Below, one piece after another: positions 35,374-43,363 of a DNA stretch of 56,152 nucleotides (the stretch's first letter is position 1; every line of letters begins with the position of its first letter). Origin of the DNA: Gemmatimonadales bacterium (GTDB lineage Bacteria > Gemmatimonadota > Gemmatimonadetes > Gemmatimonadales > GWC2-71-9). Position numbers and translations under genes: made by a program. The notes under the pieces are model-generated. The model had not been told where the DNA came from and made no database searches. It saw only the letters and a list, made by a program, of their open reading frames with translations. The stretch lies in NCBI GenBank assembly GCA_036265635.1, contig DATAOR010000019.1, positions 1 to 56,152 on the forward strand. Reading direction: 5' to 3'.

Positions 35374-38049
35374 TCAGGCCACCGAGGCCGCGAAGATGTG
35401 CTGCAGGTCTCGGGCGGACCGTGCCCGGGTGCGGGCCTGGCTGGCGTACGGTCCGCCGGGATCCAGCTGCACCACCCGCTCCCAGGCCTGCACCGCCTGG
35501 TCGAACTGCCGCTGGCGTGCCAGGGCGGCCCCCTCGTAGTACAGCGCGCCGGCGTGCTCGGGATCGAACCGGAGCACCCGCTCGAACGCCTCCAGCGCCT
35601 GGGTGGTGCGCCCGTCCTCGAGCAGGGCCCGGCCCAGCGCGGTCAGCGCCTCGAGCTCATAGGGATCGACCTCGAGCAGCCGGACCAGCACCGCCACGGC
35701 GCCGCGTGGCGATTCGGTCCGGCACAAAAGGTCGGCCAGCGCGATGGCCGCCCCGCTGTAGGTCGGCAGCAGGTCCAGCGCCCGCTCGTATGCCGCCCGG
35801 GCGGCGGCGCTGTTGCCCCGCTCATCCTCGAGGCCGCCGAGCTCGAACCAGACCCGGACCAGCGACGGGTCGAGCTGGAGGGCGGCGTTGAACGCGGCCA
35901 GGGCGGCGGCGCGATCGCCCAGCCGGGCTGAGACCTGGGCCTGAAGATGGAGCAGGTCGGGCCGCCCGGGCGCCAGCGCCTGGGCTTCCCGAATGCAGTC
36001 GAGCGCCCCGAGGGCATCGCTGACCGCCAGCCGGACGCGGGCCCGTGCCACCAGGACTTCCACGTCGCCCCGGACGCGACGGGCCAGCTCGTCCGCCAGC
36101 GGTGCCGCGTCACCCGCCCAGCCCAGCGCGAGCAGGGCCCGGATCTCGCCCAGGGTGGCGTCGGGGTCGTCGGGGGTCGCCTGCCGGGCGGCCCGGTAGC
36201 GCTCCAGCGCTTCACCGTAGAGCCCTCGCTTGGCGAAGATGTCACCCAGCAGTACCGCGGTGGCCCCAGCGGCGGCCCCCCGCGCGGCCGCCCGGCTCAG
36301 CTCGGCCGACGCGAGGTCCAGCAGCCCCTTGGCGATGTAGTCGCGCGCCAGGTCGAGGGCATCGCCCGCCGCTCCCGGGCTGGGCGACGCGGGCGGGGCC
36401 AGCTCCGCGAACAGCTGATCGAGCGCCGGTGCCTCGAAGGCGAACTCCCCGGCCAGCTGGTCGCCAGTGGTCTCGGCGGCCAGCTCCGGGGCGATCGCGA
36501 TGGTGGGGTCCTCGTACTGCAGGTCAATGGTGAGGGAGAACTTCTGCGGCACGTAGAGCGGCTCGAGCTCCAGCGCCTGGCGGGTCTCCCGGAGGGCACC
36601 GTCGAAATCGCCCAGCTGGCTCAGCACGAAGCTGAGGTTGTAGCGGGCCGCCGCCATCGTCGGGTCGGCATCCACCGCCCGGGCGAAGGCGTTGCGGGCG
36701 TCGTCGAACCTGCGGAGCTCCATCAGCACCAGGCCGACCCCGTTCCAGGCCACGGCGCTGCCGCTCTGCTCGCTCAGCGCCGCCTGGTATTCCTCGAGCG
36801 CCTGGCGCGGCTGTCGCCGCTGCAGCAAGAGCAGACCGAGGTTGAGTCGGGCGGCGAACAGGGGCCGGTCGCCCGCCAGCGCGCGGCGGAACGCGGCCAC
36901 GGCCTCCTCCCCGGCCTCGCTCGCCCGCACGACGCCCAGATTGTTCCAGGCCAGTTGGTATCCCGGGTCCACCGCGACGGCCTGCTGGTACGATGCCATC
37001 GCCTCGTTCCGCCGCCCCGCCTGGTGGAGGCAGACCCCGCGCTCGTTCCACAGCTTGGGCGAGTCGGCGTGCTCCCGGATCAGCGCGTCGTACAGCTCGA
37101 GCGCGTCCGGCAGCTCGCGACGGAGCAGCCGGACCTCGGCCATCGCCTGAACGGTGAGCCGGCGGTCTTCGCCGCCGTCGAGCGCCAGGCCATATTCGCG
37201 CAGGGCCTCATCGTAGAGACCCTTCTGCCGGAAGGCGAGGCCCAGGTTGTAGTGGGCCAGGGCGCCGCCCTCGACCACCTGGGGCCGCCGTCCGGGCCGC
37301 GTGGCGCCGTGGTCGCCGCCCGGCGCATAGCGCTCGAGGGCGAGGTTGGCCTGGGCTCGCGCCAGCGTCGGATTGAGCTTGATCGCCCGCTTGGTCGCCT
37401 CGCGGGCCTCCTCGTGGCGGCCCATGTCGCCGTAGACGAACGCCAGCAGGTAGTGCGCTTCGGCGTAGTCCGGGTTCCGGGCGATGGCCTCGCGCAGGGC
37501 CTCAAGCGCCGGCTCGTTCAACCCCCGGTTGTACAGCACCTCCCCATGGTAGAACCGGGCGACGGCGCTGGTGGGGTCGTGAGCGCAGGCCCGGTCCAGC
37601 CAGTCGGTGGCCGTGTCGAGATTGCCCCGCGCCTTCTCGGCCAGTCCGAGCTGGAGCATCGCCGGCACGTCGCCCGGGGCCCACGCCAGCAGGGCCTGGA
37701 ACTCGGCAATGGCCTCGGCATGACGGCCCAGGGCGGCGTGGGCCCGGGCCAGCTCCCAACGGGCGTCCCGGTCCTCGGGGTGCCGGCGGACGCGTTCCCG
37801 GAGGGCAGTGATCCGGCGATCGTAGTGCCCGCTCTCCCGGTAGGCGATGTCGAGGTTGCTCTGGGCCACCTGCATGCGGGGATCCAGCTCGAGCGCCCGG
37901 ACGAACTCCGCGATGGCGTCCTCGATCAGCCCCTTCTGGTAGTACAGCACGCCCAGGTTGTTGTGGGCGCCCGCGTCGGAAGGATCGATCCGACGGGCAA
38001 ACGAGCGGAGGACGGCGAGATCGCGGTCCGACAGCACGGGACCGGGCAT
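35374..38049 (-). CDS. Large multi-TPR scaffold protein
   Basis: 891 aa that is almost entirely TPR repeats (AHNNLGVLYYQKGLIEDAIAEFVRALELDP and about 20 similar units). There is no signal peptide or TM. Confidence 0.85.
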   Translation of the reverse strand: MPGPVLSDRDLAVLRSFARRIDPSDAGAHNNLGVLYYQKGLIEDAIAEFVRALELDPRMQVAQSNLDIAYRESGHYDRRITALRERVRRHPEDRDARWELARAHAALGRHAEAIAEFQALLAWAPGDVPAMLQLGLAEKARGNLDTATDWLDRACAHDPTSAVARFYHGEVLYNRGLNEPALEALREAIARNPDYAEAHYLLAFVYGDMGRHEEAREATKRAIKLNPTLARAQANLALERYAPGGDHGATRPGRRPQVVEGGALAHYNLGLAFRQKGLYDEALREYGLALDGGEDRRLTVQAMAEVRLLRRELPDALELYDALIREHADSPKLWNERGVCLHQAGRRNEAMASYQQAVAVDPGYQLAWNNLGVVRASEAGEEAVAAFRRALAGDRPLFAARLNLGLLLLQRRQPRQALEEYQAALSEQSGSAVAWNGVGLVLMELRRFDDARNAFARAVDADPTMAAARYNLSFVLSQLGDFDGALRETRQALELEPLYVPQKFSLTIDLQYEDPTIAIAPELAAETTGDQLAGEFAFEAPALDQLFAELAPPASPSPGAAGDALDLARDYIAKGLLDLASAELSRAAARGAAAGATAVLLGDIFAKRGLYGEALERYRAARQATPDDPDATLGEIRALLALGWAGDAAPLADELARRVRGDVEVLVARARVRLAVSDALGALDCIREAQALAPGRPDLLHLQAQVSARLGDRAAALAAFNAALQLDPSLVRVWFELGGLEDERGNSAAARAAYERALDLLPTYSGAAIALADLLCRTESPRGAVAVLVRLLEVDPYELEALTALGRALLEDGRTTQALEAFERVLRFDPEHAGALYYEGAALARQRQFDQAVQAWERVVQLDPGGPYASQARTRARSARDLQHIFAASVA

Positions 38050-38053
38050 GGGA

Positions 38054-38674
38054 TCAGGTCAGGCGGATGGCGTCGAAGATGGCGCGCAACGAGGGCGTGT
38101 CCGGCAGCAGCAGGAAATGGCCGCTCAGCGGCTCGGAGGCACCCTCCACCCGGAAGGAGGTCTCGACGCAGAACACGAAGTCCCGATCGTGACCGAAATT
38201 GAGGTACGTCGTGGTCAGCACCGCCCCGCTCAGGTCGACCACCAGGCTCGGGACCGACGGGACCAGCATCATCCCCATGAAGTCGCTCAGGGCGTTCATG
38301 TAGGCGCTGGCCAGGATGTTGCCCGCCTCCTTGAGACCCGACTGCTCCATCTCGGTGAACGGGCCGGTGGTGCCGGGCTTGCGCCTGAGCAGGATATCGC
38401 AGAGCGCTCGGGCCGATCGCTCGGGAAACATCACCAGCGTCCGTCCCGTGAGGTCGCCCATCATGTGCATCAGTACTGCCGCCACCACCTCGTCGGGCGA
38501 GCCGACCAGGTCGGTGACTTCCTCCAGCGGCCGGACGTTGACCTCGGGCACGGCGATCATGATGGTGCGGTTGGTCATCTGCGACAGTGCCGTCGCCGCG
38601 TGGCCGGCGCCGATGTTGGCGACCTCACGCAGCGCGTCGAGCTGCAGCTCCTTCAGGCCCCGCGCGTCGTCCAT
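38054..38674 (-). CDS. cheC: CheY-P phosphatase CheC
   Basis: 206 aa with two CheC active-site repeats, LDALREVANIGAGHAATALS and QSGLKEAGNILASAYMNALS (ExxN). Confidence 0.85.
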   Translation of the reverse strand: MDDARGLKELQLDALREVANIGAGHAATALSQMTNRTIMIAVPEVNVRPLEEVTDLVGSPDEVVAAVLMHMMGDLTGRTLVMFPERSARALCDILLRRKPGTTGPFTEMEQSGLKEAGNILASAYMNALSDFMGMMLVPSVPSLVVDLSGAVLTTTYLNFGHDRDFVFCVETSFRVEGASEPLSGHFLLLPDTPSLRAIFDAIRLT

Positions 38675-38686
38675 GGGTTCCCTCTC

Positions 38687-40552
38687 TTACAGCAAGGCGG
38701 CGGCGTCGAGTACCAGCGCCGGAGCGCCATCCGCCAGAATCGTCGCTCCACCGACGAACGGCGGCATGCCGCGCGGCGCGTCGAACGGAGCGACCACGAT
38801 GTCCTGCTGGCCCAGCAGGCCGTCCACCACCAGCGCCGCCCGGCGCTGCCCCACTTCCAGAATCACGGTGGGCCTTCGAGCCGGCGCCGGGCGGCTGCCG
38901 CTGGCCACCAGTTCCCGCAGGTAGACCGTGGGAATGGCCTGGTCCCGGAGGACCAGCGCCTCGCGGTTCCGCAGGGCCGTCACCGAGCGGGGGTCGAACT
39001 CCACGGTCTCGGCGACGTAGGCCAGGGGCAGGGCGTAGCACTCACCGTTGGCCTCGGCCAGCAGAGCCCGCACGATCGCCAGGGTAAGTGGCACTCGGAT
39101 GAGGAAGGTGGTGCCCTTGCCCACCTCGGACCTCACCTCGAGCGTCCCGCCCAGCTGCCGAACCCGGGTCATCGCCACATCCACGCCGACGCCGCGGCCG
39201 GAGACATCGCTCACGCTGCTGGCGGTGCTGAACCCCGGCCGGGCAATCACCCGAAGCAGGGCCTCGTCGGTCAGGCTCTCACCCTCGGGCCGGTCGTTCG
39301 CCGTATCGCGCCGAGCCCTGGCCACGATGGCCGCCCGATCGATCCCCCGCCCATCGTCGCTCACCCGGAGCAGGACGCTGTTGCGTTCCCGCTCCGCTGC
39401 CAGCAGGATCCGGCCCTCGGCCGGCTTTCCCGCCTGGGCGCGGGCCTCGGCCGATTCGATGCCGTGGTCGGCCGCGTTCCGGATCAGGTGGAGGAGCGGG
39501 TCGCCGATCTCGTCGAGGATCGAGCGGTCAAGCTCGATCTCGTCGCCCTCCACATCGAACCGGATCTGCTTGCCGAGGTCGCGCGCCAGGTCCCGCACCA
39601 GCCGGGGGAAGCGCTCGAATACCTCGCCGACCGGCGTCATCCTGGCCGCGATCACCTCGGTCTGCACCGCCGACACCAACTTCGCGATCCGGTCGCTCAC
39701 CTCGCCCAGGGTCGGTTCGCCGGCCCGGGCCGCCATCACCGTCAGCCGGTTCTTGGCCACCACCAACTCGCCCACCTGTTTCATCAGCCGGTCGAGCCGG
39801 GCCAGGTCGATCCGGATCTGCCGGTGCCGGCCCGGGTCGGCGCGGGGCGCGGCGGGCTCCTCGAACCGGACCGTCTCGACGTCGCCAGCGGTGCGGATGA
39901 GCCGCACCAGCTCATCGTCACTCGCGCTCGACTCGATCCGGAAGCTGAAACGACCGTCGAACTCCTCGCGCTCGAGCTGGGCCGGAGCCGGCCGGACCGC
40001 GCTCACCACGCCGAGACTCTCGGCCCGCCGGAGGGCCAGAGCCGCCCGGGCGCCCCGCATGGCGGCGTCCGGCCGGATCGCCACCTGGATCGTCCGGAAG
40101 CCCGGACCGTCGGTCGAGCGGCGGCGCGGTGCGGCCGAGGCCGCCGGGACGGCGCCCTGCTTGGCGGAGCGAGCACCGCCAGCGGTGGCGGCGTCCAGCG
40201 CCGCGACCAGAGCGGGATCGATCCCGGCCTCAGCCCCGGCCGCCGCCCCCTCGACCGCTTCTCCCAGCGCGTCCACCGCCCGGAACAGCAGCTGGAAGGC
40301 GTCGCCCTCCACCGTGATCCGGCGCTGCCGCGCGGCGTCGAGCAGGCTCTCCAGCCGGTGCGCCAGCTCGGCCACCCCGGTGAAGCCCATGGTGGCCGCC
40401 ATGCCCTTCACGGTGTGGATCGACCGGAACAGTGCGTCCACCGGCTCGGTCGAGGCCGGCTGTCGTTCCCACTGCAGCAGCAGCTGGTTGCAGCCGCCGA
40501 GGTGCTCCCGGCTCTCGGCCAGAAAGAGGGCGACGTACTTTCCGAGGTCCAC
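38687..40552 (-). CDS. cheA: Chemotaxis histidine kinase CheA
   Basis: Trimmed to the GTG at 40552, 2 nt after the cheY stop. Hpt domain has LFRSIHTVKGMAATMGF. The kinase has N box HLIRNAADHGIE, G1 DDGRGID and G2 GRGVGVDV. A C-terminal CheW-like P5 domain is present, and there is no fused REC. Confidence 0.93.
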   Translation of the reverse strand: MDLGKYVALFLAESREHLGGCNQLLLQWERQPASTEPVDALFRSIHTVKGMAATMGFTGVAELAHRLESLLDAARQRRITVEGDAFQLLFRAVDALGEAVEGAAAGAEAGIDPALVAALDAATAGGARSAKQGAVPAASAAPRRRSTDGPGFRTIQVAIRPDAAMRGARAALALRRAESLGVVSAVRPAPAQLEREEFDGRFSFRIESSASDDELVRLIRTAGDVETVRFEEPAAPRADPGRHRQIRIDLARLDRLMKQVGELVVAKNRLTVMAARAGEPTLGEVSDRIAKLVSAVQTEVIAARMTPVGEVFERFPRLVRDLARDLGKQIRFDVEGDEIELDRSILDEIGDPLLHLIRNAADHGIESAEARAQAGKPAEGRILLAAERERNSVLLRVSDDGRGIDRAAIVARARRDTANDRPEGESLTDEALLRVIARPGFSTASSVSDVSGRGVGVDVAMTRVRQLGGTLEVRSEVGKGTTFLIRVPLTLAIVRALLAEANGECYALPLAYVAETVEFDPRSVTALRNREALVLRDQAIPTVYLRELVASGSRPAPARRPTVILEVGQRRAALVVDGLLGQQDIVVAPFDAPRGMPPFVGGATILADGAPALVLDAAALL

Positions 40553-40554
40553 CG

Positions 40555-40917
40555 TCAGCCGAGGACGCGCTGGACGGCCTCTAGCACCCGGGAGGGCTGA
40601 AAGGGCTTCACCACGAAGTCCTTGGCGCCCGCCTGGATCGCCTCCACCACCAGGGCCTGCTGGCCCATGGCGCTGCACATCAGGATCTTGGCCTCGGGAT
40701 CCGTCTTGCAGATCTCCCGCACCGCCTCGATGCCGCCCATGTCGGGCATGACGATATCCATGGTGACCAGATCGGGCTTTAGCGCCTGGTATTTCTGCAC
40801 CGCCTGCGATCCGGACTCGGCTTCCCCCACAATCTCGAACCCGGCCTGGGTCAGGATGTCGCTGATCATGGTGCGCATGAAGATGGCGTCATCGCAGACC
40901 AGTACTGTGTGGCTCAC
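40555..40917 (-). CDS. cheY: Chemotaxis response regulator CheY
   Basis: 120 aa with a GTG start. Contains VLVCDDAIFMR, LVTMDIVMPDMGG and VVKPF. Confidence 0.93.
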   Translation of the reverse strand: MSHTVLVCDDAIFMRTMISDILTQAGFEIVGEAESGSQAVQKYQALKPDLVTMDIVMPDMGGIEAVREICKTDPEAKILMCSAMGQQALVVEAIQAGAKDFVVKPFQPSRVLEAVQRVLG

Positions 40918-40920
40918 AGA

Positions 40921-40928
40921 CTTCCTCC
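40921..40928 (-). promoter_or_regulatory. Shine-Dalgarno (GGAGGAAG) for cheY
   Basis: The minus strand reads ACGGAGGAAGTCT-GTG, a strong SD 3 nt from the start codon at the end of the only sizeable gap in the cluster. Confidence 0.55.
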
Positions 40929-41038
40929 GTCCGGTTCCGGGTGTTCAGGGTCGGAGACCTGGCCGGCAGTCGGGCCGGCCGAAGCAGCTCGGCTCGCCCG
41001 CGCGGTCCCCATCGCAGTGTCGGTACGTCGCGGCGAAC

Positions 41039-41476
41039 TCAGCTGCCGATGATCGGTGCCACCAGCGCGTCGATGTCGAGCAGGACGAAGTGCTGCCCGT
41101 CGCGGAGGCCGACCGCCTTGACCAGCCGCGGGTCTACCCCTGGCAGGTCACTCCGCTCGGCGACCGCCTGGGCCGGCAGCTCCAGGAAGTCGATCACCTG
41201 ACCGACCCCGAGACCGCACCTCCGCCGGCCCACATCGAGCACGATGATGGCGCCTTCGTCGTCGGGCCGGCGGGGTTGCTGGAGCAGGGTGTGGCCGTCG
41301 ACCACAGTGAGCAGGGTGCCCCGGACGTTGACCAGTCCTTCGATGGCCTGGGCGACACCGGGAATTCGGGTGGCCGCCAGGCGCGGGAGGATCTCCCGCA
41401 CGATCCCTGCCGGGGCCGCGCAAATAAGCGCACCGATACGGAAAATGACGGCGTGGATCGTGGGTGAGTTAGCCAT
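41039..41476 (-). CDS. cheW: Chemotaxis coupling protein CheW (third copy)
   Basis: Trimmed from the TTG at 41521 to the ATG at 41476. The product (145 aa) starts MANSPTIHAVIFRIGALICAAPAGIVREI and contains NVRGTLLTVVD...GLGVGQVIDF...HFVLLDIDALV. It overlaps the rluD stop by 8 nt. Confidence 0.8.
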   Translation of the reverse strand: MANSPTIHAVIFRIGALICAAPAGIVREILPRLAATRIPGVAQAIEGLVNVRGTLLTVVDGHTLLQQPRRPDDEGAIIVLDVGRRRCGLGVGQVIDFLELPAQAVAERSDLPGVDPRLVKAVGLRDGQHFVLLDIDALVAPIIGS

Positions 41477-42506
41477 CTGTATCAAAGAAAAGAAGATAGC
41501 CCAGGGGATCAGGGCGAGCAATCAACTCTTGGCCACCCACTGCAAGAATTGTATCGCGGAGATCCGGGGGCCATTCGGAGCGGAACTCAAGTGCCTGGCC
41601 GGTGGCGGGATGGCGGAATGCCAGAGCAGCCGCGTGCAATGCCTGCCTCGGCGTCACCGCTTCGAGCCGCTCCGCCTGGCGGCGGGCAGCGCCCGAGACC
41701 CGCCGGCTCCCACCACCGCCGTAGACCGGGTCGCCCACGATCGGATGGCCGGCGTGCTCCAGGTGAAGCCGGATCTGGTGGGTGCGGCCGGTGTGAAGCT
41801 CCAGCCTCAACAGGTCGGCGAGCTCGAACCGGGCCACCACAAACACATCGGTCCGGGCGGTCCGGCCCGCTGCCGACACCGCCATCCGCTTGCGATCCTG
41901 GCTGTGTCGCGCTATGGGCGCATCCAGCACCGTGGGGCTTGCAGCCAGGTGGCCCCAGGCCAGCGCCGCGTAGGTCCGGCGGACCCGGCGAGCGGCGATG
42001 GCCGCCCCCAGACGGCGGTGGGCCAGGTCGGTCTTGGCCACCACCATCAAGCCCGAAGTGTCGCGGTCGAGGCGGTGCACAATGCCCGGCCTGCCTTCGG
42101 CGCCACCGGACAGGGTCGTGCCCCGGGCCACCAGGGCGTTGACCAGGGTGTCGTCCCAATGGCCCGGGGCCGGATGGACCACCAGCCCCGCCGGCTTGTC
42201 GATGACGGCAAGGTGATCGTCCTCGTAGACGACCGTGAGTGGAATGGGGGCGGGCTGGAGGGTGCGGGGCGGCTGATGGTCGGGAAATCGGACGGTGACC
42301 TGCTCGCCCCGGCTGAGAAGGCGCGAGGCCCGGGCGGGTCTGCCGCCGACGTCGACGGCCCGGTCGGCCACCAGGCGAGCCGCCTGGGTGCGGGACAGCC
42401 CCAACTGATCGGCCAGGAAGCGGTCGAGACGCTCGGTGGCCTCGGCCCAGACCGTGAAGGTCAGTTCAGGCAGCCGAGGCCGACTCCTGCTCGGGACGCC
42501 TGGCAT
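41469..42506 (-). CDS. rluD: 23S rRNA pseudouridine synthase, RluD/RluA family
   Basis: 345 aa with an S4 domain (RLDRFLADQLGLSRTQAARLV) and the catalytic motif HRLDRDTSGLMVVAKT. Confidence 0.88.
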   Translation of the reverse strand: MPGVPSRSRPRLPELTFTVWAEATERLDRFLADQLGLSRTQAARLVADRAVDVGGRPARASRLLSRGEQVTVRFPDHQPPRTLQPAPIPLTVVYEDDHLAVIDKPAGLVVHPAPGHWDDTLVNALVARGTTLSGGAEGRPGIVHRLDRDTSGLMVVAKTDLAHRRLGAAIAARRVRRTYAALAWGHLAASPTVLDAPIARHSQDRKRMAVSAAGRTARTDVFVVARFELADLLRLELHTGRTHQIRLHLEHAGHPIVGDPVYGGGGSRRVSGAARRQAERLEAVTPRQALHAAALAFRHPATGQALEFRSEWPPDLRDTILAVGGQELIARPDPLGYLLFFDTDG

Positions 42507-42996
42507 CCTCCCGCCAGAGGGAGATGGCCAGGGCGATGGCGCCGCAGCTCACCGCGATGTCCGCCACGTTGAAGGTAGGCCAGCGCAGCGCGCCGATCCC
42601 CACATCGAGGAAGTCCACCACCCCGCGGGCGCTCCGGATCCGGTCCACCAGGTTGCCGGCCGCACCCCCGGCCACCAGGCCCAGGGCGAGCTGACGGAAG
42701 CGATCTCCCGCCGGCGCGGCGCGGGACATCCGGGCCAGCACGAACACCGCGGCCAGGGCGACCGTGAAGAAGATCCAGCGGGAATAGGGCCCGACATGCA
42801 GTCCGAAGGCCGCGCCCTGGTTGTAGACCAGCCGCAGCTGGAACCAGTCGCCGAGGACCGAGATGCCCGGGGTCCGCAACAGGGTCGCCTCGGCCACCAG
42901 CTTGGTGATCAGGTCGAGGACCACCGTCACCACCGCCGCCATCCAGAACACCCGGCGCTCGGGCCCGGGCGCCGAGACGTCAGCGGCGCTTGCCAT
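42466..42996 (-). CDS. lspA: Lipoprotein signal peptidase II
   Basis: Trimmed to the ATG at 42996, giving 176 aa. Contains NQGAAFG, GGAAGNLVDR and FNVADIAVSCG. Confidence 0.88.
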   Translation of the reverse strand: MASAADVSAPGPERRVFWMAAVVTVVLDLITKLVAEATLLRTPGISVLGDWFQLRLVYNQGAAFGLHVGPYSRWIFFTVALAAVFVLARMSRAAPAGDRFRQLALGLVAGGAAGNLVDRIRSARGVVDFLDVGIGALRWPTFNVADIAVSCGAIALAISLWREDARRPEQESASAA

Positions 42997-43363
42997 CTTC
43001 CTCTTTCTCCTTGCAGGTGATGCACAGCCGGGCGTGCGGCAGGGCATCGAGCCGCTCGAAGTTGATCTCCTGACCGCACTGGTGGCAGTGGCCGAACTTG
43101 TCGGGCGTGCCGTACAGCCGCCGGAGCGCTTCATTCACGTGCCAGAGGTAGCGGCCCTCCTGCGACGCGAACAGGAACTGTTTCTCCCGCTCCATGGCGT
43201 CGGTACCCTGGTCCGCCATGTGGAACGAGTACGACGACAGGTCGCCATCCGACGACTGCAGCGTGGCGTTGAACGACTCGTCGTAGTAGCCCAGCTCCTT
43301 CATGACGCGGGCCCGTTCTTCCAGGAGACGCTTCTCGAGATGTGTGAGCTGTTTCTTGTTCAT
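42980..43363 (-). CDS. DksA/TraR-family C4 zinc-finger protein
   Basis: 127 aa with an N-terminal coiled coil and CHQCGQEINFERLDALPHARLCITC. It forms an ATGA overlap with the ileS stop. Confidence 0.8.
   Translation of the reverse strand: MNKKQLTHLEKRLLEERARVMKELGYYDESFNATLQSSDGDLSSYSFHMADQGTDAMEREKQFLFASQEGRYLWHVNEALRRLYGTPDKFGHCHQCGQEINFERLDALPHARLCITCKEKEEDGKRR

Noticed and set aside
35398-40751. Plus-strand ORFs of 751, 880 and 567 aa (35947..38202, 37958..40600, 39048..40751) across the TPR/cheC/cheA region
   Set aside because: They are antisense to well-supported minus-strand genes, overlap each other in different frames, and have a composition-driven lack of stop codons. The same applies to 43378..45519, 52981..55023, 30167..32116, 28152..29945 and the other long plus-strand entries.
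41477-41521. Hydrophobic N-terminal extension (MLALIPWAIFFSLIQ) that would make the third CheW membrane-anchored
   Set aside because: It would need a TTG start 53 nt inside rluD. The segment is the out-of-frame reading of the AT-rich rluD 3' end. CheW homology starts after the ATG at 41476. I keep it as a small possibility only.
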